From: Trypanosoma brucei
Lineage: Eukaryota
Reading direction: 5' to 3'
DNA length: 64,000 nt
NCBI GenBank assembly: GCA_000002445.1
Contig: CH464491.1
Coordinates: 4,128,001-4,192,000 of the forward strand
The notes under the pieces were generated by a model. That model saw only the letters and a program-made list of their open reading frames with translations. It searched no databases and was not told the DNA's origin. Below, piece after piece: positions 51,943 to 62,197 of the stretch; the first letter of the stretch is position 1, and every line of letters starts with the position of its first letter. The position numbers and the translations under genes were made by a program.

Positions 51943-54900
51943 TTATCGCACATCACTAAAAAAGCCCATGAGTTGGGCCTCTAAAAGACGCGCGCTGTGT
52001 CCACATATCCCTACGACTGCCATCCACTGCACAGCCTTCTGAGACGAGAATAAAAGTGTCATAATTCCAACGAGAACAAAGGCGACTGCTGGCCTAACCG
52101 AAACCCGTGCGGCTTTTTTGGAAGCATACACCAACGTCAGCAGTGAAATATGTGAAGGTGCCAAAGGAAGAGCACATAACACCTCCCGCAACACGGCAGC
52201 AACGCTGGAAGTTCGGGATCCTCCAGCTCTGTACGCATCGTGAATAAGACACCCCCAAAGCAGACCCAGTGCGTAAGCAAGCGGAGGGAAGTAGCGGTAG
52301 TTTTCTCGATCCAGTTCCAGGAACAATGTGTCGTCTTTCACCAGCAGAAGCAGTAGAAGCGATGTTACAACATGCAGTCCTGGTTCATAGTCATGATTCC
52401 ACATGTTCAGGACTGTCAAGCAGGTAACAGACAGAATGACGTTATAATTAACAACGACGCCTATATGCTCCATCAGCTCAGACGTTATGGGTACTGCGCC
52501 TGGCAACAGGGCCTCACCACCCAGGCGAAATCTCAATAATATAGCTGTGAAAAGACCTGTCACACTTACTACCGACAACAACCGCCGAAGGCCAACCACG
52601 TGCGTCTCCCAGATCAACAACACGTCACTGGTGTCGCTCTCCTCCATGCCGCCGCGGCCCATCAACGCAACAGAAAAAACAGCGAAACACACAGCAACAG
52701 TGCTTAACATCCATAAATACTGCATCCTCTTCTCTCGGTAATGTGCAACGTCAAGCGTAACAAATGTGAAATACACAAAAACGCCCAATGAAATGAGCAA
52801 CAGTACGCTAGGTGTCGGTAGAAGGTAAGTTCCAAGACCAGCCACCAGGAAAAAGGTTGCGACAAACCAGTATATGACGGAAATTGCCATGGGTAGGGAT
52901 GCCATCGGTAGATATCGACCCGCTGCAACAAGCAACATGCCGGCAAGCACGCACTGCTTGCTATAGCCTAGCTCCTCGGTTCCAAATTCTTCCTCATCTT
53001 TGGCGCTTTCTAGGTGAATAGCTTGCGAGGCGAGAACAATGATACCCAAGCCTAAAGCACCACGTGCAACAGAATTCAGGTGCCGCATTATCGGCCCCAC
53101 CCCAAGGTGACGTGCTGAGAAAGGGTATGTCAGAGCGCCAAAAACGATGCAGGACATACCTACAAACACATAAGCGGCCTCCCCTTCGGTGATTTGGCTC
53201 TTCGTGAGAAACTCGTACGTCGCACGCTGAAAATTCCGTACGGTAGACGCCACCATTAGCATGGCACTGAAGGCAAATAACACCACGGTAGCGACGATGG
53301 TTTTGTTGCCCATCTGCGATACTTTCTCTAGTTCAAAAAGCATGGCAACAAAACCACAGAGCAGTGCAGCCCACCACATTGTGGTGATCTCGACAGCAAA
53401 TAATGGCCCCGACGATTCCATCTCTGCGTCCTCCACGTAGTAAGAGCCTGTAACCTCCACCAAGAATTTAAAGAGTTTTGCAATATACGATGACGCCACC
53501 AGGGAGGCCCCTGCAGCGCCAAGCACACCGTTCCTGTGCAACCGTGAAACCAACAGCACACCAACAACACTCGTAAATAACACGAGAACAGCGGGATACA
53601 CGCCGTCCTCTTTCTGAGAGTAGAGAATGTGCTCCACCACAACAACATTTAATGACTGAAGAAAAAGCGTTAATGCATACAAAAACTTGAAGCCTGTGAA
53701 CGCGTGGGGGAATGACATGCAGCCTACGAAGTAGCTCGATAGTATGTTACCGGCCAAAGCAGGACTCGGAATCGTTCTTGATTCGCCAAATACATGCAGT
53801 CTGAGAATCACAAAAGAAAACGTCCGAGACATCCACCAGGCGAGGAGCAGGCTCGAAAAAAAGGCAAAGATGAACATAAGCCCTGCGTTACCGCGATCAA
53901 TGAGAAATAGGTTAAAGCTGCACAGGCAAATAACGAGGTTGAACATGAGAGGTCCCGGGAGCCCCACAACGAATCCTACAAATACGGCTGATACCGCCGC
54001 CGCCACAATGGCTACCATACGCTCTTTCATGTGACGGTCCGTCAGGACGCTCCGTCCCTCCTTATCCGCATCAAGTAGTTTTTTAGTCATATAAGCAGCC
54101 AAAAGTGCAGCGTACAGTGCAACAGATAGAAGAATACCATTGATCGGCGGAGCCACACCGTCGAACAGAAACCTGTATCGTGAGTTGAGTAGCCGATAAA
54201 CACACCAATTGGGTAAAATCAGCGCACCAAGAGCGTACATACAACTCCTATACCGGTATATAGTTACACACAGACCGAAAGAATCGTGCGCAAAGAACTC
54301 ACGTGAATTTTGCTTGTTGGACAGGAGGAACCATAGGCTACGCTCCGGTTTCCAAAAGAGGTACAGAATCTGTACGCAGACCATGCCAACAACGTTAACG
54401 ATGTTCGACAGCCATGCTTCGTACAGGTCCCTCTGGAATGCCACGTAGAGAGTGGCCGGTAGCACTAACAAAAGAACTGTGAAGACAACTGCTTCAGGTT
54501 TTCCGTTAATCTGCATCCAACTTTCCCCAGCCTCCTCCCCAACACCAGCAATACCACTACTCCGGTTACCGTCGTCATCCGCTTTGCCGCGCCTTTTTGG
54601 TGACTGACCAAGGTCTGCTTGTTCCCCTCGGGTCACACGACGCCTCAAGACAAAACTACTCTCCAGTGGACGATAGAAATAGCAATGAATAGCGCACATG
54701 CTCAGCAAGAACCACGCGGGGGCGTGACGCGAACCGACAAAGGCTGTGGTGCTGGACAACAGTGAAGGCAGTACCAACATTGGGGTAACGCCCAAGACAC
54801 TACGCTCCATCAAACACACAAGTTCCGGGTATCCAACCTGCAACCAATGAAAGTGAAGGAACGCGGCCATAGCGGTGGTTGTTAGCAACCCCTGCACAGT

Positions 54901-55584
54901 TAATATCATACAGAGGGGGCCTAAAAACGTAATTGATGCTCGCAGGTTAGACAGGAATAGCGCAAAGCCGAAACAGAGGGTGGTGGCAATTATGGCAAAC
55001 ACACCTCCAAGACGGTATCCAGCGTAATCCACCACATACGTCACAATGCATCCTGTGAGAAGAACCGCAAACGCGAATGATGACATCAACGGAATAGCAC
55101 CAAAAAGACCTACAGCCAAAAGCAGAGAGACCGGCAGTACGTACTTCGGTGACCCCGTGTGAAACTCCAACTCTTCCGAGGGAAATTCGGCCCTTTCCGG
55201 ACCGCGGAATTCCCCAGGGAGGGAACTGCATCCCGATCCTGTAGCCTGTTCCATCGCCACCCGCCGTGCTTGCTCACTTTTCCAGAAATCTGCTGAGGCC
55301 CGAATGGCCGCGTTAGCGTACCCCTCACGACCTGCGTAGGCGGCACCTTGCGGTTCACTGGGGAGTCCCGTATTGAATCCAACTTGAGATGGTGGCACGC
55401 CTGCAGCAGACACAGGTGCGGTAGCAACAGCGGGAGTTGCGGTTGCCCAGAGGGGCCTAGTTCCTCCATGAAATTGGAGGCCGCTGTCGGGAATACCACC
55501 GCCGCCACTGCTTGAATGACCGGGTGGAGGCGGAAATGCAGGAAGTAACGGTTGTGCCCCCTCACGAAGATCAGTGGGGTTCAT
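51943..55584 (-). CDS. Large polytopic membrane protein (more than 25 predicted hydrophobic helices), function unknown, ~1,213 aa.
   Basis: The track start at 55626 is GTG. The first ATG is at 55582-55584 (MNPTDLREGAQ...). After a G/P-rich N-terminal region, essentially the whole protein consists of 18-25-aa hydrophobic segments separated by short loops. Confidence 0.6.
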   Translation of the reverse strand: MNPTDLREGAQPLLPAFPPPPGHSSSGGGGIPDSGLQFHGGTRPLWATATPAVATAPVSAAGVPPSQVGFNTGLPSEPQGAAYAGREGYANAAIRASADFWKSEQARRVAMEQATGSGCSSLPGEFRGPERAEFPSEELEFHTGSPKYVLPVSLLLAVGLFGAIPLMSSFAFAVLLTGCIVTYVVDYAGYRLGGVFAIIATTLCFGFALFLSNLRASITFLGPLCMILTVQGLLTTTAMAAFLHFHWLQVGYPELVCLMERSVLGVTPMLVLPSLLSSTTAFVGSRHAPAWFLLSMCAIHCYFYRPLESSFVLRRRVTRGEQADLGQSPKRRGKADDDGNRSSGIAGVGEEAGESWMQINGKPEAVVFTVLLLVLPATLYVAFQRDLYEAWLSNIVNVVGMVCVQILYLFWKPERSLWFLLSNKQNSREFFAHDSFGLCVTIYRYRSCMYALGALILPNWCVYRLLNSRYRFLFDGVAPPINGILLSVALYAALLAAYMTKKLLDADKEGRSVLTDRHMKERMVAIVAAAVSAVFVGFVVGLPGPLMFNLVICLCSFNLFLIDRGNAGLMFIFAFFSSLLLAWWMSRTFSFVILRLHVFGESRTIPSPALAGNILSSYFVGCMSFPHAFTGFKFLYALTLFLQSLNVVVVEHILYSQKEDGVYPAVLVLFTSVVGVLLVSRLHRNGVLGAAGASLVASSYIAKLFKFLVEVTGSYYVEDAEMESSGPLFAVEITTMWWAALLCGFVAMLFELEKVSQMGNKTIVATVVLFAFSAMLMVASTVRNFQRATYEFLTKSQITEGEAAYVFVGMSCIVFGALTYPFSARHLGVGPIMRHLNSVARGALGLGIIVLASQAIHLESAKDEEEFGTEELGYSKQCVLAGMLLVAAGRYLPMASLPMAISVIYWFVATFFLVAGLGTYLLPTPSVLLLISLGVFVYFTFVTLDVAHYREKRMQYLWMLSTVAVCFAVFSVALMGRGGMEESDTSDVLLIWETHVVGLRRLLSVVSVTGLFTAILLRFRLGGEALLPGAVPITSELMEHIGVVVNYNVILSVTCLTVLNMWNHDYEPGLHVVTSLLLLLLVKDDTLFLELDRENYRYFPPLAYALGLLWGCLIHDAYRAGGSRTSSVAAVLREVLCALPLAPSHISLLTLVYASKKAARVSVRPAVAFVLVGIMTLLFSSQKAVQWMAVVGICGHSARLLEAQLMGFFSDVR

Positions 55585-56207
55585 AGTTGTTGCTCGTTTT
55601 CTGCCCTCACTCGTATATCTGCGCACCTCTGTGTACAGTCAATATTAAGTTGATCTCCCAGTGGTGCTTTTAAACAAGCAGGTTAACGCTCTCTAATCGG
55701 TGGATAGAAACAAGAAGATTTGGTCCACCAGACACAACTAAACCCACCAAAGGTGACAATTGATATTATTATATTCCGCTCCCTTGAAAACCTGACGTGG
55801 AGATCAACGTACAGCGTCATGGGTATCCGTGAAAAAAAAAACGGAAGAAGGAAAGAGTTTTAAGCGTGGATGAAGAAGCGAAGATCAGAACAACGGCAGT
55901 ACCGTTAGGCAAAAAAACAATGTTGGGATCAAAAAGGGGAAATGAGGAAGGCAAGCATGGCGTTGCACCTAGCAGGACCAACACAAACGCACGCACAGCA
56001 GCGCACACAAGTAAATAATGATTGAAATGGCCCTCTCCCACCTTTGGCATTACGGTTGCCGGCCCCCATCGGTTTTCCTTGCCTCAGCAGAACTTGCTTT
56101 GGCGTTACTTTGTCGTTTAATCGAATTCTAGTATGCATAGTCTTTCCTTTAGCACTTCACGGATAAAGGACACGACCTGCACCCCATCTTGGTACACCAA
56201 AGTACAT

Positions 56208-57509
56208 TTAGTTTGCCTCATTGTTGGAACTCTTGTTGAGAAGTGCAGCATCACGCTGTCGGCGCAGCTCCCGGATGCGTTTAAGCTTCTGCAGGGCGTT
56301 AATGTCTTCAATAGCGAAGGACACCAATAGGCGGCGATGGTCCCCAAAGATGGTCGGGTTGTTGTTGAGGGCTCGAAGTGCATGGAGGGCCACGGGGTGG
56401 TTAACGAGCTCAACGAAGGCGTAACCCTTCGACGTGCCCGCAGAGTCCTTCACTATCTTGACGTTTTTGATGGGGCCATACTTCCCCCAATTCGATTTAT
56501 CGGCAAAATTTTTGTTCTTTTTCAGGAAAGAACGCACGTGTGTGGAAAACAGCAGCCTCAATTCCTTCTCACCCATCGTTCGCGGCAGGTTACGCACACT
56601 AAGTCGCGTCGTACTAACGAACATGTTGCTATCACGCAGTTGATTCTTTCGAGATTCATAGTCCGCACGAATCATTTCGATATAACGGGGGTGTAAACCA
56701 CGGGCGGCAGGAGTGTCGGGGAGGATAAGCCCCTCTTGCAATAGATAAAGGTGCCGTGGGTCATCAGCAGCCACCTTTGTGCGCTTCTTCTTTTTCTGCT
56801 GGGCAGCAGTGGCATCGTGTGAATCCTTCCGTGACAGCACGCGATGGACGGTGAAACGTGTCTCACGGAGAGTCATGAAAGGTTCACGAGAGTTGAAAGC
56901 ATCAGCACGATTCTTGAACAACAGCCGCTTCGCCCTACAGTGTGAAAGATCTTTCGTCTGTTCGCGCCAGTCTGCACGATCATTCGCTGATAACTCCCGT
57001 GCGTTCTGTTGGGCGTGGTCAAATATTTTGTCAGCCATTTCCACAGTGCCGCAGTGTATAAAGCCTGTACCTGCAAGTGTTTTGGTTCGGCTGTTGCGCA
57101 CCAGGAGCACGCGGCGGACGCCACCGAAACGCGTCTGGAAAAAGTTTAGTAGCTCCTCCTCGCTTGTGTCGAGGGGAAGTCGTTTTAAGAAGAGTTGAGT
57201 TTCCAGCGGGTCCTGCTTATTTAACCGTTCCTGCTTCTCCTCATCGATATCACTCTGAACTTCCTCTTCCACATCCTCTGGAGTGCTGTGGGTCTCGTCA
57301 TCATCACCAGAACGTTTCTTTTTCCCTCGAAAGCGTTCATCCTTCTTCCCCTTTGCGTTACCGCTGTCGTACGTCTTCGCTATAGCGACCTTCCAGTTAG
57401 ACTTTTTTCTCTCAATCTTGCGCTGAAGCTTTTTGCGGATGCGCTGCTTGGCCTTCTTCCTCCTCATCATTGATGGTGTGGCCTTTCTCTTAAGTAACGC
57501 TGCTGCCAT
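56208..57509 (-). CDS. RRM-domain RNA-binding protein with a Lys/Arg-rich N-terminus (nucleolar-type), 433 aa.
   Basis: ATG at 57507-57509. Two RRM-like segments are present: RVLLVRNSRTKTLAGTGFIHCGTVEMADKIF and LSVRNLPRTMGEKELRLLFS...KGYAFVELVNHPVALHALRALNN (an RNP1-like KGYAFVEL). The basic N-terminus is MAAALLKRKATPSMMRRKKAKQRIRKK. Confidence 0.65.
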   Translation of the reverse strand: MAAALLKRKATPSMMRRKKAKQRIRKKLQRKIERKKSNWKVAIAKTYDSGNAKGKKDERFRGKKKRSGDDDETHSTPEDVEEEVQSDIDEEKQERLNKQDPLETQLFLKRLPLDTSEEELLNFFQTRFGGVRRVLLVRNSRTKTLAGTGFIHCGTVEMADKIFDHAQQNARELSANDRADWREQTKDLSHCRAKRLLFKNRADAFNSREPFMTLRETRFTVHRVLSRKDSHDATAAQQKKKKRTKVAADDPRHLYLLQEGLILPDTPAARGLHPRYIEMIRADYESRKNQLRDSNMFVSTTRLSVRNLPRTMGEKELRLLFSTHVRSFLKKNKNFADKSNWGKYGPIKNVKIVKDSAGTSKGYAFVELVNHPVALHALRALNNNPTIFGDHRRLLVSFAIEDINALQKLKRIRELRRQRDAALLNKSSNNEAN

Positions 57510-58266
57510 CTCGCGTCAGGCTGATAACGATGCTTAGCAGTAGGTGTCGTATGTACTGTCCGACGCGTATTAAGCAAAAGAGAAAGTAAATTCAAAAGAT
57601 AAGAAAAACAATGGTCAGGTCGGGCATAAAGTTATGTAATATCCGGCGTGCAGTGTGAGAGAACAACCTCACAAAAAACAACACGAGCCGACACAGGACA
57701 AAGCAAACAATACCAAAATGAACGGTATATATATATTATAAGCAGGGGTAGGGTCGTTCCCTGCGACAGATCCACGCCCCAAGTTCAGTAGTTAACCCAG
57801 AACATCAAAAACAGAAATGAAGCGCGGTAAGGGAAAGAGAGAAATAGGCAAACAAAGAAATTTGCGACGCCACAGTGAAGAACCGGCCTCTCCAAACGTA
57901 CACAACCCGTGAATAAGCACGTAAAGGTGAGTAAAAGAAAAACAGTCATCAAGCGAGAGGGTATGGAAGAAGAAGAAAGCAGTACACCCTTCGCCCTCTC
58001 TCCCGCCTCACAGTGTTAAATTGGACGGCCCCTCACATCAGCACTATTGTTTGCTTGACTGGGTCGGAGCGCCACTCCGCTTATTTGAACTCTTCTACAC
58101 ATTTGATTTCCTTTGCTTTCCTGCTCGCTCCTTCTCCGGAGGTGGCAGCTGCGACCACCGGGGACCACGTAAAAACAATCGAACACCAACAACAAAAGAA
58201 TAAAGAGAAGGTGCCCTCCCCCTTCCCATATGATTCTCTTTTGTGGAATAACACGCGTAAGTTTCT

Positions 58267-59466
58267 TCACACTTCTGCAAGACGAGATAATTTCTGAATG
58301 CGGTTGAGCAACAAGTCACCATTCTTTACTATACGGTGATAGTCAAGGTTTGTTGTGTCTCCACGATATGTGGTAATACTATCCGAGACACGGTCCATCT
58401 TGCATGCGATGCGCTCATTTGATATGAGGGTTCCCAACATGCTATCCAGAACTGGGGAGGGAATACCAAATGCATTGCTCATTGATTTTAGCGTTACACT
58501 GCTGTATGAATCAAGGAATTGCTTGAACACAAGCACACGCACCTCGCGAAAGAAGTAATTAACATGCTGCGACAGGTACACAATACCTCGTAGTTGCTGG
58601 CACACAGCATCGAGGGTTGGAAAAACCTCCTTGTAGCGGCATTCGTATATGGCAGTAACGAGATGGAAAACATTCTTGATGTTGGCACTGTGCACTTCAG
58701 GGCTATCGAGTATGCATTTCTTCAGCTGTGAGCGACTCAACACGGGCAAACTAGCCACAACTGTGACGAGAATGAATTCGTTGAAGTCCATGAGCTCGCT
58801 AGCAGCAAAGGTGGAGATTGAGTCTAATAGTAGCTCGGAACCCTTCTTAAAGTCACGGATGTATACGTAGAAGAGACCTTCGTATACCTTGAGACGGTTT
58901 CGCCGTTCCCAATCACCCTCCTTCATCAGTCGGTGAGCGCTGCAAATGCCATTAGCAGCAACTTCATTGTCAGAGAACGCCAGTCCAAGAAGGATGCGCT
59001 GAAAGCAAAGGTCGAGCTTTGATCCGGCGGCAAGGGTTTTTCCGGAGCATTCGTTGTTAAATTTAAGACACTCCTCCATGTCCCCAATGCGGGCGAAATG
59101 ATGGCATCTAGCCAGCAGACCATCACGCACCTCCACATCACCGAGGTTTTCCTGCGCATCCTTAATGCGTGCATCCAACTCTTCAAGTTTCGTCGCATTT
59201 ATGGCATCCATCGCGCGCAACTGCTCCTCATCTACCGTCCAACAGAACATCTCCGACGCGAAGCGCAAGTAAGGAGCCATATTGTGTTCGTGCGCTATTT
59301 TCAACATGGCAGCCTTTACCTCCTCGCGCACAGCTTCGTCAACATACTGCGAGGTGTACGTGTGGCGCAAATGTAATAGTTTGATAAGGGGATCCATTGG
59401 AGGGGGTTCTTCAACTGGAAACTCCTCCTCATTGTCCATAATACCAACCGGTTGCTGAGGCGGCAT
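58267..59466 (-). CDS. RPN7: 26S proteasome regulatory (lid) subunit RPN7/PSMD6, a PCI-domain protein, 399 aa.
   Basis: ATG at 59464-59466. DWERRNRLKVYEGLFYVYIRDFKKGSELLLDSISTFAASELMDFNEFI closely matches the PSMD6 block DWERRNRLKVYQGLY...RDFK...LFLD..STFTSYEL. A C-terminal PCI/winged-helix region follows. Confidence 0.85.
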   Translation of the reverse strand: MPPQQPVGIMDNEEEFPVEEPPPMDPLIKLLHLRHTYTSQYVDEAVREEVKAAMLKIAHEHNMAPYLRFASEMFCWTVDEEQLRAMDAINATKLEELDARIKDAQENLGDVEVRDGLLARCHHFARIGDMEECLKFNNECSGKTLAAGSKLDLCFQRILLGLAFSDNEVAANGICSAHRLMKEGDWERRNRLKVYEGLFYVYIRDFKKGSELLLDSISTFAASELMDFNEFILVTVVASLPVLSRSQLKKCILDSPEVHSANIKNVFHLVTAIYECRYKEVFPTLDAVCQQLRGIVYLSQHVNYFFREVRVLVFKQFLDSYSSVTLKSMSNAFGIPSPVLDSMLGTLISNERIACKMDRVSDSITTYRGDTTNLDYHRIVKNGDLLLNRIQKLSRLAEV

Positions 59467-60670
59467 CGTTACTTCTGCTTATATCACTGAGGCTCTTGAC
59501 GGTTGATTTACCTGAAACTGTAACTATTAACCCTTCCCTCTTTGTCCTATTTCGATCCACCTTTTTTCAGCACTGTCTTCTTTTTTTTCTTTCTTTTTTA
59601 CTTGCTTCTAAACGTGTCTGTTCTCTCGCTTGATTACTTGCCTTGTGTACCCGCACTCCACCACATCGGATGCAGCAGCGGCAATTCGGATTTAAAAAAA
59701 AAGAAAATAAAGAGTGATGAGGCACATTGAAACACAAAACAAAACACACAAGAACCAAAGATAAAACACGCGGAAGCAAAGGAAGAGGGTAAATGGGATC
59801 TGAGAGAACTGGCGCCGTAACTAGAGATCCCTTTACTTTGCTGCTTTACCGCCACGCACCGAAATAACACAGGTGAGGCAATAATTAGACAGCACAAATA
59901 CCAACCGGAACAGGCACAATTTTCCTTTCGTTGGCAATGAAAAAAAAAAAGGACATATTATAAGCACATGGGGGTGTTCTTGCCCGTGCCACGAGGACGT
60001 GGTGCGTCGATTGTGCAGCGTCAACAATGCATACAATAAGATGCGAAACCTGCATCAGCATAAATTTAAACGAAGGAAAAAACAGCGAACGAAAAGTGTT
60101 GACGCATAATAGGTTAGACGACCGTGCTGGAGCTTAAAGTTTAAGTAAATCACAAACTATAAAGGTATTTTTCACATGTATGTGCGTTTGCCTGTGAAAT
60201 ATGAATATACCGTCAACTTCGGATGTAAACGGCCCGCATTCTGGTGCGGTGAAACTTTCTCTCCTCTTCTGCATTTCCATATCCCACGATGTCTGCGCCG
60301 ATCGAAATACAATTAGAGTGTACTCACGGGCCATCCAAGCACATCACCTACGAGTTTGCCTGTACTCTTCCGCAAGGGATCCGCCGTTAGGTGGACACGG
60401 AACAACTGAACAAGACAAAGTGGTAGAGCTCCGTGAAGAAGTACTGTGCGTCAACTCATCACATTTTCTGGGCAGTGCACACCCTTCAACCCACTAAAGA
60501 ACACACGTTGGTACGGCGACATATCGGGAAAATATAAGATTGAAACAAGAATTAATGTCAAGAATTCAAAAGCCCAGCGAAGAGGTAAAGCCTACCCGAC
60601 TATCCTATATAGCGTAAACAGACATAGCGTGCGAAAACAGCATGAAATTAAGCCCCGCATCGCAAATACA

Positions 60671-61906
60671 TCATAAACTGCCTACACCACCCATCGCACC
60701 ATTCTCCATCTCAGCGCGAAAGATGGACTTCTTAGTTGTCGATATGATCCCTGTGACAGGACCAGGACTTAAAGGGTCTCTTGCATTGCGCTCCACAACG
60801 TCCCCAAAAACATGCGAGGGGACATCCCGTTTGAGGACGGGAGCATGTTCATCCGGCGGTACTATATCCACAGCATCGCTGAACCTAACGCGCCTCTTGG
60901 GAGTTTTCATATTCGCCTCCACAGAGGGCATAGAACCTCCAGACTTCTTTTCGTCAACTATCAGTGTAGCCGCAAACCCAATATCTCCGGGAGATGTATA
61001 TTTGAACGCGGGTGGTACTGCCAACGACGGGTCATGGGGAATTAGCTGTTGCCCGCACACCTCAAACCCCTCCCCCTTAACTGACTCGGTGGCCGCAGAT
61101 GGGGTTATTGTCGTTACCCGTTTGCGCTCCATCTCCTCGCGAACTCGCCTCTCCTTCTTTGCGATTAGTCTCTCCGTCATGAGGCGCTCCGCCAATTCAT
61201 CATCATCAATCCGATCCCCCAGCTCCCGCTCGATTTCCAAGAGTTCTTCCTCTGTAAGTTCATCAAGTTCATCAAAAATTGCCATATCTTCTTCCTTCAG
61301 TCCCACCTCCATCGGTGCTGCCCTTGTGCCGCCTTCCACAGGATCCAATCCAGAGAAGTTCGGGCGCTCATCCACTTGTGCCAATGGGAAAGATTTCATG
61401 GGTGCATTAGCGGCAGCCCCCTGGCACGATTCACTTGCCACCGGCACGCGCTTCTTGCTGTAGTTTTCCATGGCTGCTTGTTTGGTGGCTTCAACCTCTG
61501 CCATTGCCTTTTCTGCACTGGGTATCTCTGTCAGGAATAATTGCTGGCGCTGCGCCAGCGCGCCCTCCTCCGCTATCAACGCGGCTTCCTCCCCACGTAA
61601 AAAATCCAAACGCCTCTCGGCAATTTCTCGCGCCTGCTTCGCGCTGCGCTCGGTGAACCAATTATCTCCCAGTAAAACAAGAATGTTATTCGTATAGTCG
61701 ATGATGGCTTCAAAGTACGCCGCACCAGATGCTACAGGGGCGAGTACAGGCACTCGGCACCGGTCCGTGATGCACTGCAGAACATCCTGAAGTTGTTTGT
61801 ACTCACCCATTTTTCGCCTGCATCGCTCTAACTGTTCCTGATTCTTTTTCGTGAGATAGTAAAACAGTTCGGCCCCCGTAAGAACCTCCCCTTCGTCCGA
61901 GTCCAT
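60671..61906 (-). CDS. Prefoldin-alpha-like / URI1 (RPB5-interactor)-like protein with an acidic C-terminal region, 411 aa.
   Basis: ATG at 61904-61906. The N-terminal ~130 aa fit a prefoldin-alpha hairpin pattern (coil, VPVLAPVASGAAYFEAIIDYTNNILVLLGDNWFTERSAKQAREIAERRLDFL, coil). They are followed by a long D/E-rich tail, as in URI1. Confidence 0.5.
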   Translation of the reverse strand: MDSDEGEVLTGAELFYYLTKKNQEQLERCRRKMGEYKQLQDVLQCITDRCRVPVLAPVASGAAYFEAIIDYTNNILVLLGDNWFTERSAKQAREIAERRLDFLRGEEAALIAEEGALAQRQQLFLTEIPSAEKAMAEVEATKQAAMENYSKKRVPVASESCQGAAANAPMKSFPLAQVDERPNFSGLDPVEGGTRAAPMEVGLKEEDMAIFDELDELTEEELLEIERELGDRIDDDELAERLMTERLIAKKERRVREEMERKRVTTITPSAATESVKGEGFEVCGQQLIPHDPSLAVPPAFKYTSPGDIGFAATLIVDEKKSGGSMPSVEANMKTPKRRVRFSDAVDIVPPDEHAPVLKRDVPSHVFGDVVERNARDPLSPGPVTGIISTTKKSIFRAEMENGAMGGVGSL

Positions 61907-62197
61907 CGAATTCGCTATCCGCGGCTACTGTAGCCCTACTGAAACGTAAGGGGTGAAACAGGATATGAAAGAAAGCAAAGAAGGTTCCGTGAAAAAGATG
62001 GAAAAACGAAAGGGACGTAATTGAAAGAAGAACTCAAACAAAACACAAAAAGTCCTTTAGGGTGCGTGTTGGGTGGAAATCAGAACCGCGAGCACGCGCG
62101 TAGATGTGTATGTGCACATCCAAGGATGTATCACGCGTACGTATATATCTATGCTACAATAAACCCACGAACCAACCACTAGCGGCTCATCTTCACG

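Noticed and set aside
60642-61463. 273-aa plus-strand ORF (Ser-rich, SSSSVSSSSSSK...)
   Set aside because: It lies entirely antisense to the URI1-like minus-strand gene and is low-complexity, mirroring that gene's Glu-rich region. This is a typical antisense ORF artefact.
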